From positions 73,049 to 137,048 of the forward strand of contig CAZXPC010000002.1 in assembly GCA_964643135.1 (NCBI GenBank): a stretch of DNA of 64,000 nucleotides, written 5' to 3'. The notes beneath the pieces are model-generated. The model ran no database searches, was not told the origin of the DNA, and was given only the letters and a program-made list of their open reading frames with translations. The translations under genes were made by a program, and so were the position numbers. Shown in pieces: positions 35,725 to 45,400 of this stretch (the stretch's first letter is position 1; each line of letters opens with the position of its first letter). Source of the stretch: an uncultured Candidatus Saccharibacteria bacterium. GTDB lineage: Bacteria; Patescibacteriota; Minisyncoccia; UBA6257; Colwellbacteraceae.

Positions 35725-36441
35725 TTAAAAGGAGAGACTGTATTTTTTGTTTAAATCGTTGGACTTGATTTTGCCTAACGCTGTCAGCATCGAGAATGGG
35801 TGTAAAAAGAAGTTTACTTTGGAATTATCGCTATTATTAAAAACGACCGGCACGGCCTTTATTTTGTAATTGTTTCTTACTGCAATTAGCAATATTTCTA
35901 CGTCATATGCGAAGCCGGTAATGGTTTGCTTGCTAAATATTTTTAACGCGGCCGTTCGTTTGAATAACTTGAAGCCGCATTGGGTGTCGTTAAAATTAGG
36001 AAGAAGGAGCAATCTTACAATTAAGTTAAATGTTTTGCCGCTCAAGGTGCGGTGCAGGGGATTGGTGTCGGATGAACCTCCATTCCGGTCGCCGATTACG
36101 AGGTCGAATTCAGGAATGCATTTTATAAACTCGGTTAGTGACTCAATCGGCGTTGAGAGGTCGGCGTCGCAGGTCAGAACTAGGTCTTTCGAGGCCTCTA
36201 TGACACCACGTTTCACAGCGTTGCCTTTGCCCGATCTTTGTCCGCTGTTTAATATGGGCCTTATTTTTTGATTCTTGAAGTCAACAATAATTTTTAATGT
36301 TCCCTCCGCGTCGCCATCGATTACAACCAATATTTCGTAATCGAAATTATTCTTTTCCAGATACTCAATGATCGATTCAAGGGTTTTCTTGATGCGTTGC
36401 TCTTCTTTATAGCTGGGTATGACGATAGATAGACCGATCAT
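35725..36441 (-). CDS. GT2-family polyprenyl-phosphate sugar synthase (Dpm1/GtrB/ArnC-like)
   Basis: LSIVIPSYKEEQRI…EILVVIDGDAEGT…DADLSTP… GT-A fold with DxD. Confidence 0.8.
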   Translation of the reverse strand: MIGLSIVIPSYKEEQRIKKTLESIIEYLEKNNFDYEILVVIDGDAEGTLKIIVDFKNQKIRPILNSGQRSGKGNAVKRGVIEASKDLVLTCDADLSTPIESLTEFIKCIPEFDLVIGDRNGGSSDTNPLHRTLSGKTFNLIVRLLLLPNFNDTQCGFKLFKRTAALKIFSKQTITGFAYDVEILLIAVRNNYKIKAVPVVFNNSDNSKVNFFLHPFSMLTALGKIKSNDLNKKYSLSF

Positions 36442-38045
36442 TGGTTGTAAAAGAATAGAGCATCGGGAGATTGTGTTCGGACGCGCTTCAATTCGGCCTG
36501 GTATTCTTGATTTTTTTCTTTAGGAACGTTTTGAGGGCTGACATACGGGCTGACAACATTATAACCGTATTTATCTATCACGGTTTTGTTTTCGGGAGTG
36601 TTTCTGACCAAGACTATTACCGATTCGCCCCAGTAAACCAGTTTAAATTCATTATTTTTTGTCAGCGCATTAAAAAGGTCGGCGACATAATTGGCGTTGG
36701 CGTCGCGGTACGAAAGGAAAAAGCTGTTAAATTTATATTTATCGTCGACAATTTTCTCCCAGTCGGGCGATTGGCGTACGATTGAAAGATATTCTTGGTC
36801 GACTGCTCCGGAATAGACATCGCTTCGGCCGTCGATAAAAATTTTATGATTTGGATAGAGCCTGTGTATCAGATAACCGCCAAAGATTGGGTCATTGAAC
36901 ATATTGTCAGCGAGGTTATTATACTCCACAAAACCTACCGCTTCGGCGGGCAAAAAGAATGAACTTGTGACGGGCGTTCTAAATGCCTGGAAAATACTTA
37001 AAGCGTTTAATAATAGGAAGGCTGTGAGGGTTGTGAGAGATAGGAGGACCCAATTTTTTGAAGATAGCTTGGTTTTGCGTTTTAGGTAGCTGATAAATAT
37101 CGGCAATATCAGGATCGGAAAGAAGCCGACGTATCTAATTGAGATGAGGGGCATGGCGAAGGCGGCTAATGTTAGGAGTGTGTCTGCGATCGGCCAGTTT
37201 CTAAAAGCTCTCTTTTTGCCAAAGATCTTATAGGAGATGAAAGCAGTTAGCGCGATAGATAAACACAAGAAGAATTTAGCTTCCCCAGTCTGCAGAAAAT
37301 CCAGAAGTGATCGGAATTCGAGAACGTTCATTGCTTTCACTGCGGGGGATATAGTCCAACTAAAAATGATTAGTTTATAGCCATTCGGGTTGATTAAGGT
37401 GGCAGCGATCGAGGTGAGGGCCGTAATCAAAAATCTGACATCGTATTTTTTAATTATATTTTCCAGCATGTAGGCGCCCAAGATCGCGATGCCCAGAATG
37501 ACCCCACCGTGGAGGTTGGCCCAGACGAGCATGAGCGGGGGCATTAAATAAAGTAATTTTGAACTGGGGGCCGATTTCCATTTTTCTAAAAGGAATATAA
37601 GTATAGCTGTGCATAAGTAAGAGAAAATTTGTGGTCTGGTAAACCAGGCGTCATAAGTGATGAAGCTGAGTGGTATTATCAGAATCAGAGAGAGCAAATT
37701 GCGGCCGGACTTTAAAAGAGCCGTTTTATAAACAAAAAAGTAGGTTAGAGCGGCAATAAGCGAGGTGCCGAGCGTTAGGCCTAGAAAGCCGAGCCATTTA
37801 TACTCGAAGAATAGAATGATCCCGGAGAGCCAGTAGTGGGCGATCCACTCGTTTTTGGGGTAAGCGAATGAAAATATGTCTTCGTGTGGAACGCTGAAGT
37901 GCTGAAGGACATACTCGCCGGTTTTCATTTCATAACCAACATCTCCAAAAGTTTCGCCGACGGTTCTGATTGTTAGGGAAAATACTGCCGTAAGGAATAA
38001 CAGTAGTAGCAGCCATTGAACGTGCTTAATAGACATTGAGGCCAT
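36438..38045 (-). CDS. GT-C-like membrane glycosyltransferase paralog 5 (minus strand; overlaps the GT2 gene by 4 nt)
   Basis: …KTGEYVLQHFSVPHEDIFSFAYPKNEWIAHYWLSG…, WANLHGGV, GGYLIHRLYPNHKIFIDGRSDVY, LVYWGESVIVLVRNT, QSPDA. Confidence 0.55.
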   Translation of the reverse strand: MASMSIKHVQWLLLLLFLTAVFSLTIRTVGETFGDVGYEMKTGEYVLQHFSVPHEDIFSFAYPKNEWIAHYWLSGIILFFEYKWLGFLGLTLGTSLIAALTYFFVYKTALLKSGRNLLSLILIIPLSFITYDAWFTRPQIFSYLCTAILIFLLEKWKSAPSSKLLYLMPPLMLVWANLHGGVILGIAILGAYMLENIIKKYDVRFLITALTSIAATLINPNGYKLIIFSWTISPAVKAMNVLEFRSLLDFLQTGEAKFFLCLSIALTAFISYKIFGKKRAFRNWPIADTLLTLAAFAMPLISIRYVGFFPILILPIFISYLKRKTKLSSKNWVLLSLTTLTAFLLLNALSIFQAFRTPVTSSFFLPAEAVGFVEYNNLADNMFNDPIFGGYLIHRLYPNHKIFIDGRSDVYSGAVDQEYLSIVRQSPDWEKIVDDKYKFNSFFLSYRDANANYVADLFNALTKNNEFKLVYWGESVIVLVRNTPENKTVIDKYGYNVVSPYVSPQNVPKEKNQEYQAELKRVRTQSPDALFFYNQ

Positions 38046-38116
38046 TCTAATACAGAAATCGCCCTAATGCCACTTGCCTGGAACTCGAAGGGGATTTATA
38101 ATTCCACATAAACAAA

Positions 38117-38794
38117 ATGATTAATTTTCTGCTTTATGTGGTCATCTGGCTGCCGATTATATTTTACTGGGCGGTTTTTGTAGCGGCGCTATTGCTATAT
38201 GCTTTTAGGCATCACGAGAAAGCGGCGATTAAGTCGAAATTTTTGAACTACAGGGTGATTATCATCGGGACGATCGTTTTCCGGTTCCTCTATGCGCTCT
38301 TGGAATCGGTTGCGCAATATTACGTTTGGACGACCAGCGATCTGACCAGGAGTTTGCTGAACAGCCCCCTTAGCGACAAGGTGCCGCCGGAGGGTTTTAT
38401 TGTGCAGGCTTTCCCATCGCTCTTTAAGACTGGGGCGGGATACTTCTTGTATTATGCTTACGGCCGGTTTTTTCTAAACGCCATACTCGTCGTTATCTGC
38501 GCTTTTATTTTCTACTTTATTCTAAAAGCTCTACAGAAATACCAGGATCGGTTCTTTGATACGGGCGAGACTGAATTGGGCTTTTTGTGCTGCCTCATCG
38601 TCGGCTGGCCGGCCTTTGTGGTTTTTGTGCCGCTCGCTTTTGTGGCGGTTGTCATTGTCTCTGTTTTCCGCGGTATTTTCTTCAGGGAACTTTATACCAC
38701 GCTGGGCTATCCGTTCCTTTTGGCCGCGCTGATGTGCCTGATACTCGGGGAAAACTTGATTACGATGTTCAATCTCCTGGTCTTGAAAGTGTAG
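38117..38794 (+). CDS. Integral membrane protein (~6 TM), hypothetical
   Basis: Hydrophobic. Weak similarity to the prepilin-peptidase GGGDVKL region that lacks the catalytic Asp, so not called as PilD. Confidence 0.35.
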   Translation: MINFLLYVVIWLPIIFYWAVFVAALLLYAFRHHEKAAIKSKFLNYRVIIIGTIVFRFLYALLESVAQYYVWTTSDLTRSLLNSPLSDKVPPEGFIVQAFPSLFKTGAGYFLYYAYGRFFLNAILVVICAFIFYFILKALQKYQDRFFDTGETELGFLCCLIVGWPAFVVFVPLAFVAVVIVSVFRGIFFRELYTTLGYPFLLAALMCLILGENLITMFNLLVLKV

Positions 38795-38797
38795 GAG

Positions 38798-38830
38798 GAA
38801 CTCATAACTGATAACGTATAACTCATAACA
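38798..38830 (+). repeat. ATAACTCATAAC-type repeat arm (left arm of the cassette around the 4HB gene)
   Basis: AACTCATAACTGATAACGTATAACTCATAAC. Its reverse-complement partner lies at 39196-39254. Confidence 0.6.
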
Positions 38831-38832
38831 AT

Positions 38833-39195
38833 TTGGAAATCTTTAGATTTAAAAATTGGAAAGTTTATAAGGAATCCAAGGATTTGTTTAAACTTCTACT
38901 CAAGATATCTGATAAATTGCCTAAGGATTATAAATATTCTATTGGTTCGCAGGTTTTAAGGTCGGGGCTGTCGATCATCCTAAACATTGCAGAAGGTAGC
39001 GGCAAAGATTCTGATAAAGAATTAAATCGATATTTCAACATATCCATAGGTTCAATAAATGAGACTTTGGCATTTACTGATACATTGACCGATTTAGGCT
39101 TGATAACGGCAACTGAGTTCCAGAATGTATATAAATTATGTGAGAGCATCTCTCGGCAGTTGGGTGGTTTTAAGAGAAGGCTTAAAGAAGAATAG
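38833..39195 (+). CDS. Four-helix-bundle protein (TIGR02436, 23S rRNA intervening-sequence protein family); TTG start
   Basis: …LSIILNIAEGSGKDSDKELNRYFNISIGSINETLAF… The family signature NIAEG…S.E is present. Confidence 0.7.
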   Translation: MEIFRFKNWKVYKESKDLFKLLLKISDKLPKDYKYSIGSQVLRSGLSIILNIAEGSGKDSDKELNRYFNISIGSINETLAFTDTLTDLGLITATEFQNVYKLCESISRQLGGFKRRLKEE

Positions 39196-39254
39196 GTTTT
39201 AAGTTATAATATGGAAGTTATTAGTTATGAGTCATAAGTTATAAGTTACCCGAT
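39196..39254 (+). repeat. ATAACTCATAAC-type repeat arm (right arm: GTTATTAGTTATGAGTCATAAGTTATAAGTTAC)
   Basis: Reverse complement of the motif at 38798-38830. Ends at the pilB start codon. Confidence 0.6.
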
Positions 39255-40967
39255 ATGCACTTAACTCCCGATAAACTTAAAATTTTACTGCGAGAATCCG
39301 GCGTGGTTGACGAGGATGCTTTTGATACGGCGGTTAAAGAAGCTGAGCAGACCGGCCGCTCGGTGGAAGAAATTTTAATTGCCCGCGGCGATGTGCCGGA
39401 ACACTACCTAACCGAGCTCTTAGCTAAATATTTTAATGTTCCGGTTGTGAATCTCGACTCGGTTGTGATTCCCAAAGAAGTAATCGAGCTTATTCCCGAG
39501 AGCTACGCTCAGCTTAAGAAGCTAGCCATCTTCGATTACAAAAAGGGGGAGTACGCCAAGGTCGCCATGCTGGACCCGCTCGACTACGACGCGATCGAAT
39601 ATTTGAAAACTAAGCTGGGTGTGGCGATCCAGCCCTCTCTTACGACCGGTTCCAGCCTGAGCAATGCTTTGAAGCAGTACAAGGAGCAAATCGGGAATGA
39701 ATTTAGCAAGATCATCCGCGAGAACGTGGAAAAATCGGTTACTCAAACCGGAGAAACCGACCTGGCCAAAATGGCGGCCGCCGTGCCGGTGGTGGCCATT
39801 CTAAAAAGTATTATCGAATACGCTATTTCTTTAAATGCGTCGGACATTCACTTTGAGCCGTTTTTCCAGAATTTGGTTATCAGGTACCGCGTCGACGGCG
39901 TTTTGCGCGAGGCTTTCGATTTGCCCAAACAAGTCGAGCCGACCATTGTGGCGCGCGTTAAAATTTTGGCCAACTTGCAGATCGACGAGCACCGCCTGCC
40001 GCAGGACGGCCGATTCAAATTTAATGTGACGGAAAAAGAAACGATTGATGTGCGTGTCAACATTATCCCGGTGCTTTACGGCGAAAAGGCGGAAATGAGG
40101 CTGTTGCGGAGCAGTTCGCGGCCGATTATGCTGGAAGACATCGGCTTCTCTAAAGAGGCGGTTGAAAAGGTGAACGACGAGATTCGGAAACCGCACGGTA
40201 TGATTTTGGTTACCGGTCCGACCGGTTCCGGTAAAACGACGACTCTTTACGCGATTTTGAGTATTTTGAATACGCCCAAGGTTAACATTACGACCATTGA
40301 AGACCCGATCGAGTACGAAGTTTCGGGCATCAACCAGATTCAGGTCAACACGAAAGCGGGCGTAACTTTTGCGTCGGGGCTGCGCGCTATTTTGAGGCAG
40401 GACCCGAACGTGATCATGATTGGTGAAATTCGCGACAACGAAACGGTTGAGATCGGCATTCAGGCGGCCTTGACCGGACACTTGGTTTTGTCGAGCTTGC
40501 ACACCAACGACGCGCCGTCGGCTCTGCCGAGGCTCTTGGACATGGGGGCGCCGGCGTTTTTGCTTGCTTCAACCGTTAACCTCTCAATCGCGCAGAGGCT
40601 GGTTCGTAAAATTTGCACTTCCTGCATCGAATCATACGTGCCTTCGGAAGAGTCCCGGCGGCTCGCTTTGGCGCAGTTTGAATTGGCCGGGCACAAGATT
40701 GACAAAGAGGCTATTCCTAAAAATCTATACCGCGGCAAGGGCTGTAATGTCTGCACCAATACCGGCTACCGCGGCCAGATCGCTATTTTTGAACTTATGA
40801 AAATGAGCGATGCGATCAGGGCTATGGTTTTGAAGATGGCCCCGTCGGGAGAGATCAGAGAACAGGCGATCAAAGAAGGTATGACGACGATTTTTGAGGA
40901 CGGCCTCGATAAAGCGAAAAAGGGGATCACCACGCTCGATGAGGTCCTGCGCGTGATACAAGAATAA
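39255..40967 (+). CDS. pilB: Type IV pilus assembly ATPase PilB (GspE family)
   Basis: N-terminal GSPII_E_N-like domain. Walker A GPTGSGKTTTLYA. Asp box, His box. Tetracysteine CTSC…CNVC. Confidence 0.9.
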   Translation: MHLTPDKLKILLRESGVVDEDAFDTAVKEAEQTGRSVEEILIARGDVPEHYLTELLAKYFNVPVVNLDSVVIPKEVIELIPESYAQLKKLAIFDYKKGEYAKVAMLDPLDYDAIEYLKTKLGVAIQPSLTTGSSLSNALKQYKEQIGNEFSKIIRENVEKSVTQTGETDLAKMAAAVPVVAILKSIIEYAISLNASDIHFEPFFQNLVIRYRVDGVLREAFDLPKQVEPTIVARVKILANLQIDEHRLPQDGRFKFNVTEKETIDVRVNIIPVLYGEKAEMRLLRSSSRPIMLEDIGFSKEAVEKVNDEIRKPHGMILVTGPTGSGKTTTLYAILSILNTPKVNITTIEDPIEYEVSGINQIQVNTKAGVTFASGLRAILRQDPNVIMIGEIRDNETVEIGIQAALTGHLVLSSLHTNDAPSALPRLLDMGAPAFLLASTVNLSIAQRLVRKICTSCIESYVPSEESRRLALAQFELAGHKIDKEAIPKNLYRGKGCNVCTNTGYRGQIAIFELMKMSDAIRAMVLKMAPSGEIREQAIKEGMTTIFEDGLDKAKKGITTLDEVLRVIQE

Positions 40968-41067
40968 CTCTAACTCATAACCAATAACTCATCACTAATC
41001 ACAGTGGACTTTTAGGATTTAACTCATTGTAATGTATAATTGTCATAAGTAATAAGTTATTAGTTAT
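40964..41067 (+). repeat. ATAACTCATAAC-type palindromic element with no gene inside (pilB-pilC intergenic)
   Basis: Left arm TAACTCTAACTCATAACCAATAACTCATCAC overlaps the pilB stop. Right arm TGTCATAAGTAATAAGTTATTAGTTAT ends at the pilC start. Confidence 0.6.
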
Positions 41068-42294
41068 ATGTTATTCACTTACGAAGCTTTTAATCGGAAT
41101 GGCGCTATTGTTACGGGTGAAGTCGACGCCGAAGATGAGAGAGGCGTAGTTTTATATCTCGAAACCAAAGACTTAATTCCGTCGAAGATCCGGCCCAAAG
41201 GCGAGAAGGGCGGTATATTAGATTTAAAATTTCTGCAGAAAATCAGGCTCTTTGAAAGAGTTAAGACGACCGACATTATCTTCTTGGTCCGGAACTTGGC
41301 GACTGCGATCAAGGCCGGCCTTAGCATTTCCGAGGCGCTTGAAATATTGATCAATGACTCCAAGCCGGGAACTTTGCGGTATGTTTTAATCAGCGCCAAG
41401 GCCACTGTTCAAGCCGGGCGGCCGCTTTCAGACGCTTTTGAGCAATATAAGAAAATATTCCCGTCGGTTTTTATCGGCCTCATTAAAGCCGGCGAGGTTT
41501 CGAGCCGTTTGGATAAGGCGCTCGAGGAACTCTCGAACCATTTGGTGAAGGAATATAACTTGGTGCGCAAAATCCGGTCGGCCATGGTTTATCCGGCTCT
41601 GCTTTTAGTGGCCACGATCGGCGTAACTGTTTTTTTGCTGACGGTTGTTTTGCCGAAGCTCACTAAAGCCTTCCAGCAGAGCAACGCTTCACTGCCGCTC
41701 ATCACGAAAATCCTTCTCGCGACCGGCACCTTTATGGCGCATAATTTTATTATTCTCTCGATTATCACGACAGCTCTGATCGGCGGATTTATCTATATGG
41801 CCAGCACCGAAAGGGGCAAGCTTTATATCGAAAAAATATTATTGAAGATTCCCGTTGTGAACGAGCTGATGAAGCGGGTCGACCTGGTGCGTTTTACCCG
41901 GACGCTGGGCAGTTTGCTCGCGAGCGCGATGCCGGTTTTAGACGCTTTGCAGATTTCAGCCGATGCGATCGGCAGCTATACCTACCGCGCGGCGCTGAAA
42001 GACGTGATCGATAAGGTTAAGTCCGGCGTGCCGCTCTCGAAGAGCCTGCAGTTCCACAAAGACCTTTTCCCGACGCTTTTGACGAGCCTGATTTCGGTGG
42101 GCGAGCGGACGGGCAACCTCGAATATGTGCTCACGACTTTTTCGGATTTCTACGATGAAGAAGTCGACAACAAGCTGAAAGACCTGACAACGCTTTTCGA
42201 ACCGATTATGCTCCTGGTGATGGGTGTTATCGTGGGCGGCGTCGCGCTTTCGATACTCTTGCCGATCTACAGCCTGGTCAGCCAGTTCACCTAA
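41068..42294 (+). CDS. pilC: Type IV pilus platform protein PilC (GspF family)
   Basis: Two GspF repeats. 3 TM. …ISEALEIL… and …GERTGNLEYVL…. Confidence 0.85.
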   Translation: MLFTYEAFNRNGAIVTGEVDAEDERGVVLYLETKDLIPSKIRPKGEKGGILDLKFLQKIRLFERVKTTDIIFLVRNLATAIKAGLSISEALEILINDSKPGTLRYVLISAKATVQAGRPLSDAFEQYKKIFPSVFIGLIKAGEVSSRLDKALEELSNHLVKEYNLVRKIRSAMVYPALLLVATIGVTVFLLTVVLPKLTKAFQQSNASLPLITKILLATGTFMAHNFIILSIITTALIGGFIYMASTERGKLYIEKILLKIPVVNELMKRVDLVRFTRTLGSLLASAMPVLDALQISADAIGSYTYRAALKDVIDKVKSGVPLSKSLQFHKDLFPTLLTSLISVGERTGNLEYVLTTFSDFYDEEVDNKLKDLTTLFEPIMLLVMGVIVGGVALSILLPIYSLVSQFT

Positions 42295-42416
42295 AAATAA
42301 ATTAAATTTGATGCACTTCTACGTTGCGGAGCCTCTCAAATTCGTCGAAGTAGTATTTAAGACTACATCTCCTCATTTGTTTCTCCGCGCCTTGAATTGC
42401 GTCAAATTAAATTGAT
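42295..42416 (+). repeat. Structured intergenic element A, copy 2 (core 42323-42392)
   Basis: The same ~70-nt core as at 20566-20636, flanked by a different imperfect inverted repeat (AAATTAAATTTGATGCA / TGCGTCAAATTAAATT). Confidence 0.6.
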
Positions 42417-42422
42417 TTTCCA

Positions 42423-45400
42423 ATGTTTATTCTAAAAGAGAAAGCTCAGAGGCTAAGGGGGTATAGAAGCGGCTTCACTCTGCTTGAGTTTTTGATTGTC
42501 TCGACGGTGCTGGTGATTTTAGCCGTTGTGGCCATCAATTCTTTCGGCGGTTTTTCGCGCAAAGCTGCAATTGATAGCGCGGCCCGGGCGATTATTTCCG
42601 ACCTTCGGACGGTTCAGAGTAAGGCGGTAGCCGGGACTGATGCCGATAGTGGCGGCTCGGCTGACGACTGGGGAATTTGTTTCGTGCATGCCGCGTCGGG
42701 AGACTATTACCAAACCGTGGGAGCTATGATCGCAGCTTCATGTAAGACAACCGGCTACGATACTGCTTCCGGCGGAGTTGTCCAGGCTAAAATATTTTTG
42801 CCCAGCGGCGTAACTTATTCAACAGCCGATGATTGGTATACCAGCCCCGGCTTCGACGCCATAGTTTTTAATAAAATCAGCGGCACGCCTTCAACTACCG
42901 ACAATGTCATTGTTATCACTTCTTCCCTGGCCGACAAAATTACGACCGTCAGCTCCGATGGGCTTATTACCCAAACCTCAGTTGATATTACCTCTGTCGT
43001 TCCGACTTCAGGAATCAACACCAATTCAGCTTTCCAATTTACTCAAATCAACGGCCACGGTTTTGCGTCGGGTGCCTCGGTCAGCCTCCAGCGAAATATC
43101 CAAGGGACAGTTAATACCATAAGCTGTACCGGTGCGTCGGTCAACGCCACTGGAACGCAGATCACCGGAGCGACATGCAATTTGACCTTAGACAAACCGG
43201 CGAGCTGTACGGGCTGCCATGCTTTGGCGGGCAAGTGGGATGTTTTGGTTACGAATACCGACACCACTTCCGCGACTTTGCCCGGGGGACTCACTGTTAC
43301 CGCCAATCCGCCGACTGTGACTACGATAGTTCCGACCTCGACCGTGAACGACGACACATCGGCTCACAACACGTTAACGACGGTTAACGGTTCTAATTTT
43401 CAGGCCGGCGCAACCGTGCAGCTGACGAGAAGCGGCACGACCATTAATTGCGATACGACTTCTTCGACCATCGTGGCCGGTTCAATTTCGAGCGTCACCT
43501 GTAACGACATCGGCGGCGCTTTGGGCGCGAGCGATTGGAATGTTGTGGTAACCAATACTCTGGGAGATGGCGCCAGCGCTACTTGCAATCCGGCGTCTTG
43601 CTTAACTATCAATAACCCGACGCCGACTATAGCCGTGGGCAGTCTTACTCCGAACAGATCTAGCGCTGGCGATAGTGTGGATATAACCCTGGTCGGGGAT
43701 TCGACAGCTAACAACGGACATAATTTTGCGACCAATGCCAAAGTAAAATGGGACTGTACCAGCGACTGCACAACCGATGCTTCGAGTACAGGCATAAGCA
43801 ATGTCGTTGTCAATTGGTCCACCGATACCATTACCGCGACCGTCGCTTCGTCGTTAACAACAACCGCTGGCAGCCCTCACGCGGTCAAAGTTTTTAATCC
43901 AACTCCCGGAGGTGGCATTTCGACAAACTCGGAGCCATTTACGGTGAGCGGGGGCGCTACTTTCGGGATTACCGGCCTTAAAACTTCCGGCAGCTGTCCG
44001 GGCAGCGCTTCGGTTACGAGCAATAACGCCGGTTCTTTTGCATTCGATATTTGCGGGTCAGGTTTTTCCACAATTTCTGGCGACGTTAAAGTAACTCTTC
44101 ATGAGTCCGGCCAGCCGACCATAACCTGCAGCGGTTTCACCGTGGCGGCCAACCTCATAACCGGCGCCTCGTGCGATTTAACTAACGTGGCGGTTGCGAG
44201 CGATTGGGATGTTTGGGTAACCAACCTCTCAACCGATTCGACTGCCAAATGCTCTGACGTTGGGGGCACCGGGCCGACCCCGCGCTGCGAAGTGATTGTC
44301 ACCGCGCAGGGAGTTTCGGTGGGAAGCATCACGCCGGCTAATGGCATTCAGTTTACCTGGAACCAGCCGATTTTAGCCATTAGCGGGACCAGTTTTTCCG
44401 GCACGCCAACAGTAACCCTTACTAATGGCGGGTCCACTATAACTTGCACTGGTTTTACGGTGGCTAGTTCAACCTTGCTCATAAACGGTAGCTGTCCGAT
44501 TACTAATACAACTGCTGCCACCACCTGGACTGTACACGTGATTGTTGGCGCCTCTGATGCCACATGCGCGTGTTTTTCGATTGTAACTGCCGCTAATAAT
44601 GCCACGCTTACGCCAATAGCGCGTTTTTGGTTCCCGGCGGTTGGCGGAAGTTGCGGCTTGAGCGCTTGCGGGACCGGCAGCTGGAGTACCACCAACACCT
44701 TGAATTGGGCGACTACGCCAACCGGTTTAGGCACGGACGGCATAACTCCTACCACCGGCGCGACTGTGCCTACGACGGCGACAGATGTTTATTTTACTAA
44801 GAATTCTTTTACGGCCGACGGGGAAACAGTTACGGTTTCGAACCCTGCCTCCGCATCAAGTCTGGTTTTTTCAGGACCCGACGGGGTAAGCAAAAATATC
44901 ACTTTTACCGGTGGGGCCGAAGCAATTACTTTAGGCGATGCGACCCATGATGGCTCATTGAACTTTCAGCCTTCATGCCCTAGCACTTGCACAATAACTC
45001 GTAGTGGTGAGACTGGAGATATCAACTTCAAGTCGGGCCACGTGGGACAAGTTGCTAACTTTGCCGCGAAAGACACCGACCCCAGCTCCACCCAAAATTC
45101 TTTCGGCAAAGTTTTCTTTAATAACGGCGGAACCTATACGTTTATCAACCCATATAATTCAAACACTGCGGCTAGCAACGACATTGCTATTCTAAATTCA
45201 ACCACTGTTAATACCAATAACAACGCCCTGATATTCGGGTCCCTCACTTTCAGTTCCGGAACATTTAACCTGGGCACTAGCACCGTAACTCTTAAAGACA
45301 GCGGCAGCACGAGTTGGAGTGTGACCGGCGGAACTTTAAACGCCGCTTCCAGCACTATCGCGGTTAGTCCGGCGAGTTCCGGCACCAATACTTTTTTGGG

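Noticed and set aside
28470-38045. Assigning the GT-C-like paralogs specifically to the STT3/PglB oligosaccharyltransferase family on the basis of the C-terminal YWDD motif
   Set aside because: The motif is YWDD, not WWDYG. The upstream DxD, TIxE and DK/MI motifs of STT3 are not evident, and the C-terminal domain is much smaller than the STT3 periplasmic domain. Only a superfamily-level (GT-C-like) call is justified.
38117-38794. Prepilin peptidase (PilD/A24) call for the 225-aa membrane protein upstream of pilB
   Set aside because: A GETELGFLCCLIVGW segment vaguely resembles the GGGDVKL…GW region, but the catalytic Asp residues and the IDxxxxxLPD motif are not present. Left as a hypothetical membrane protein.
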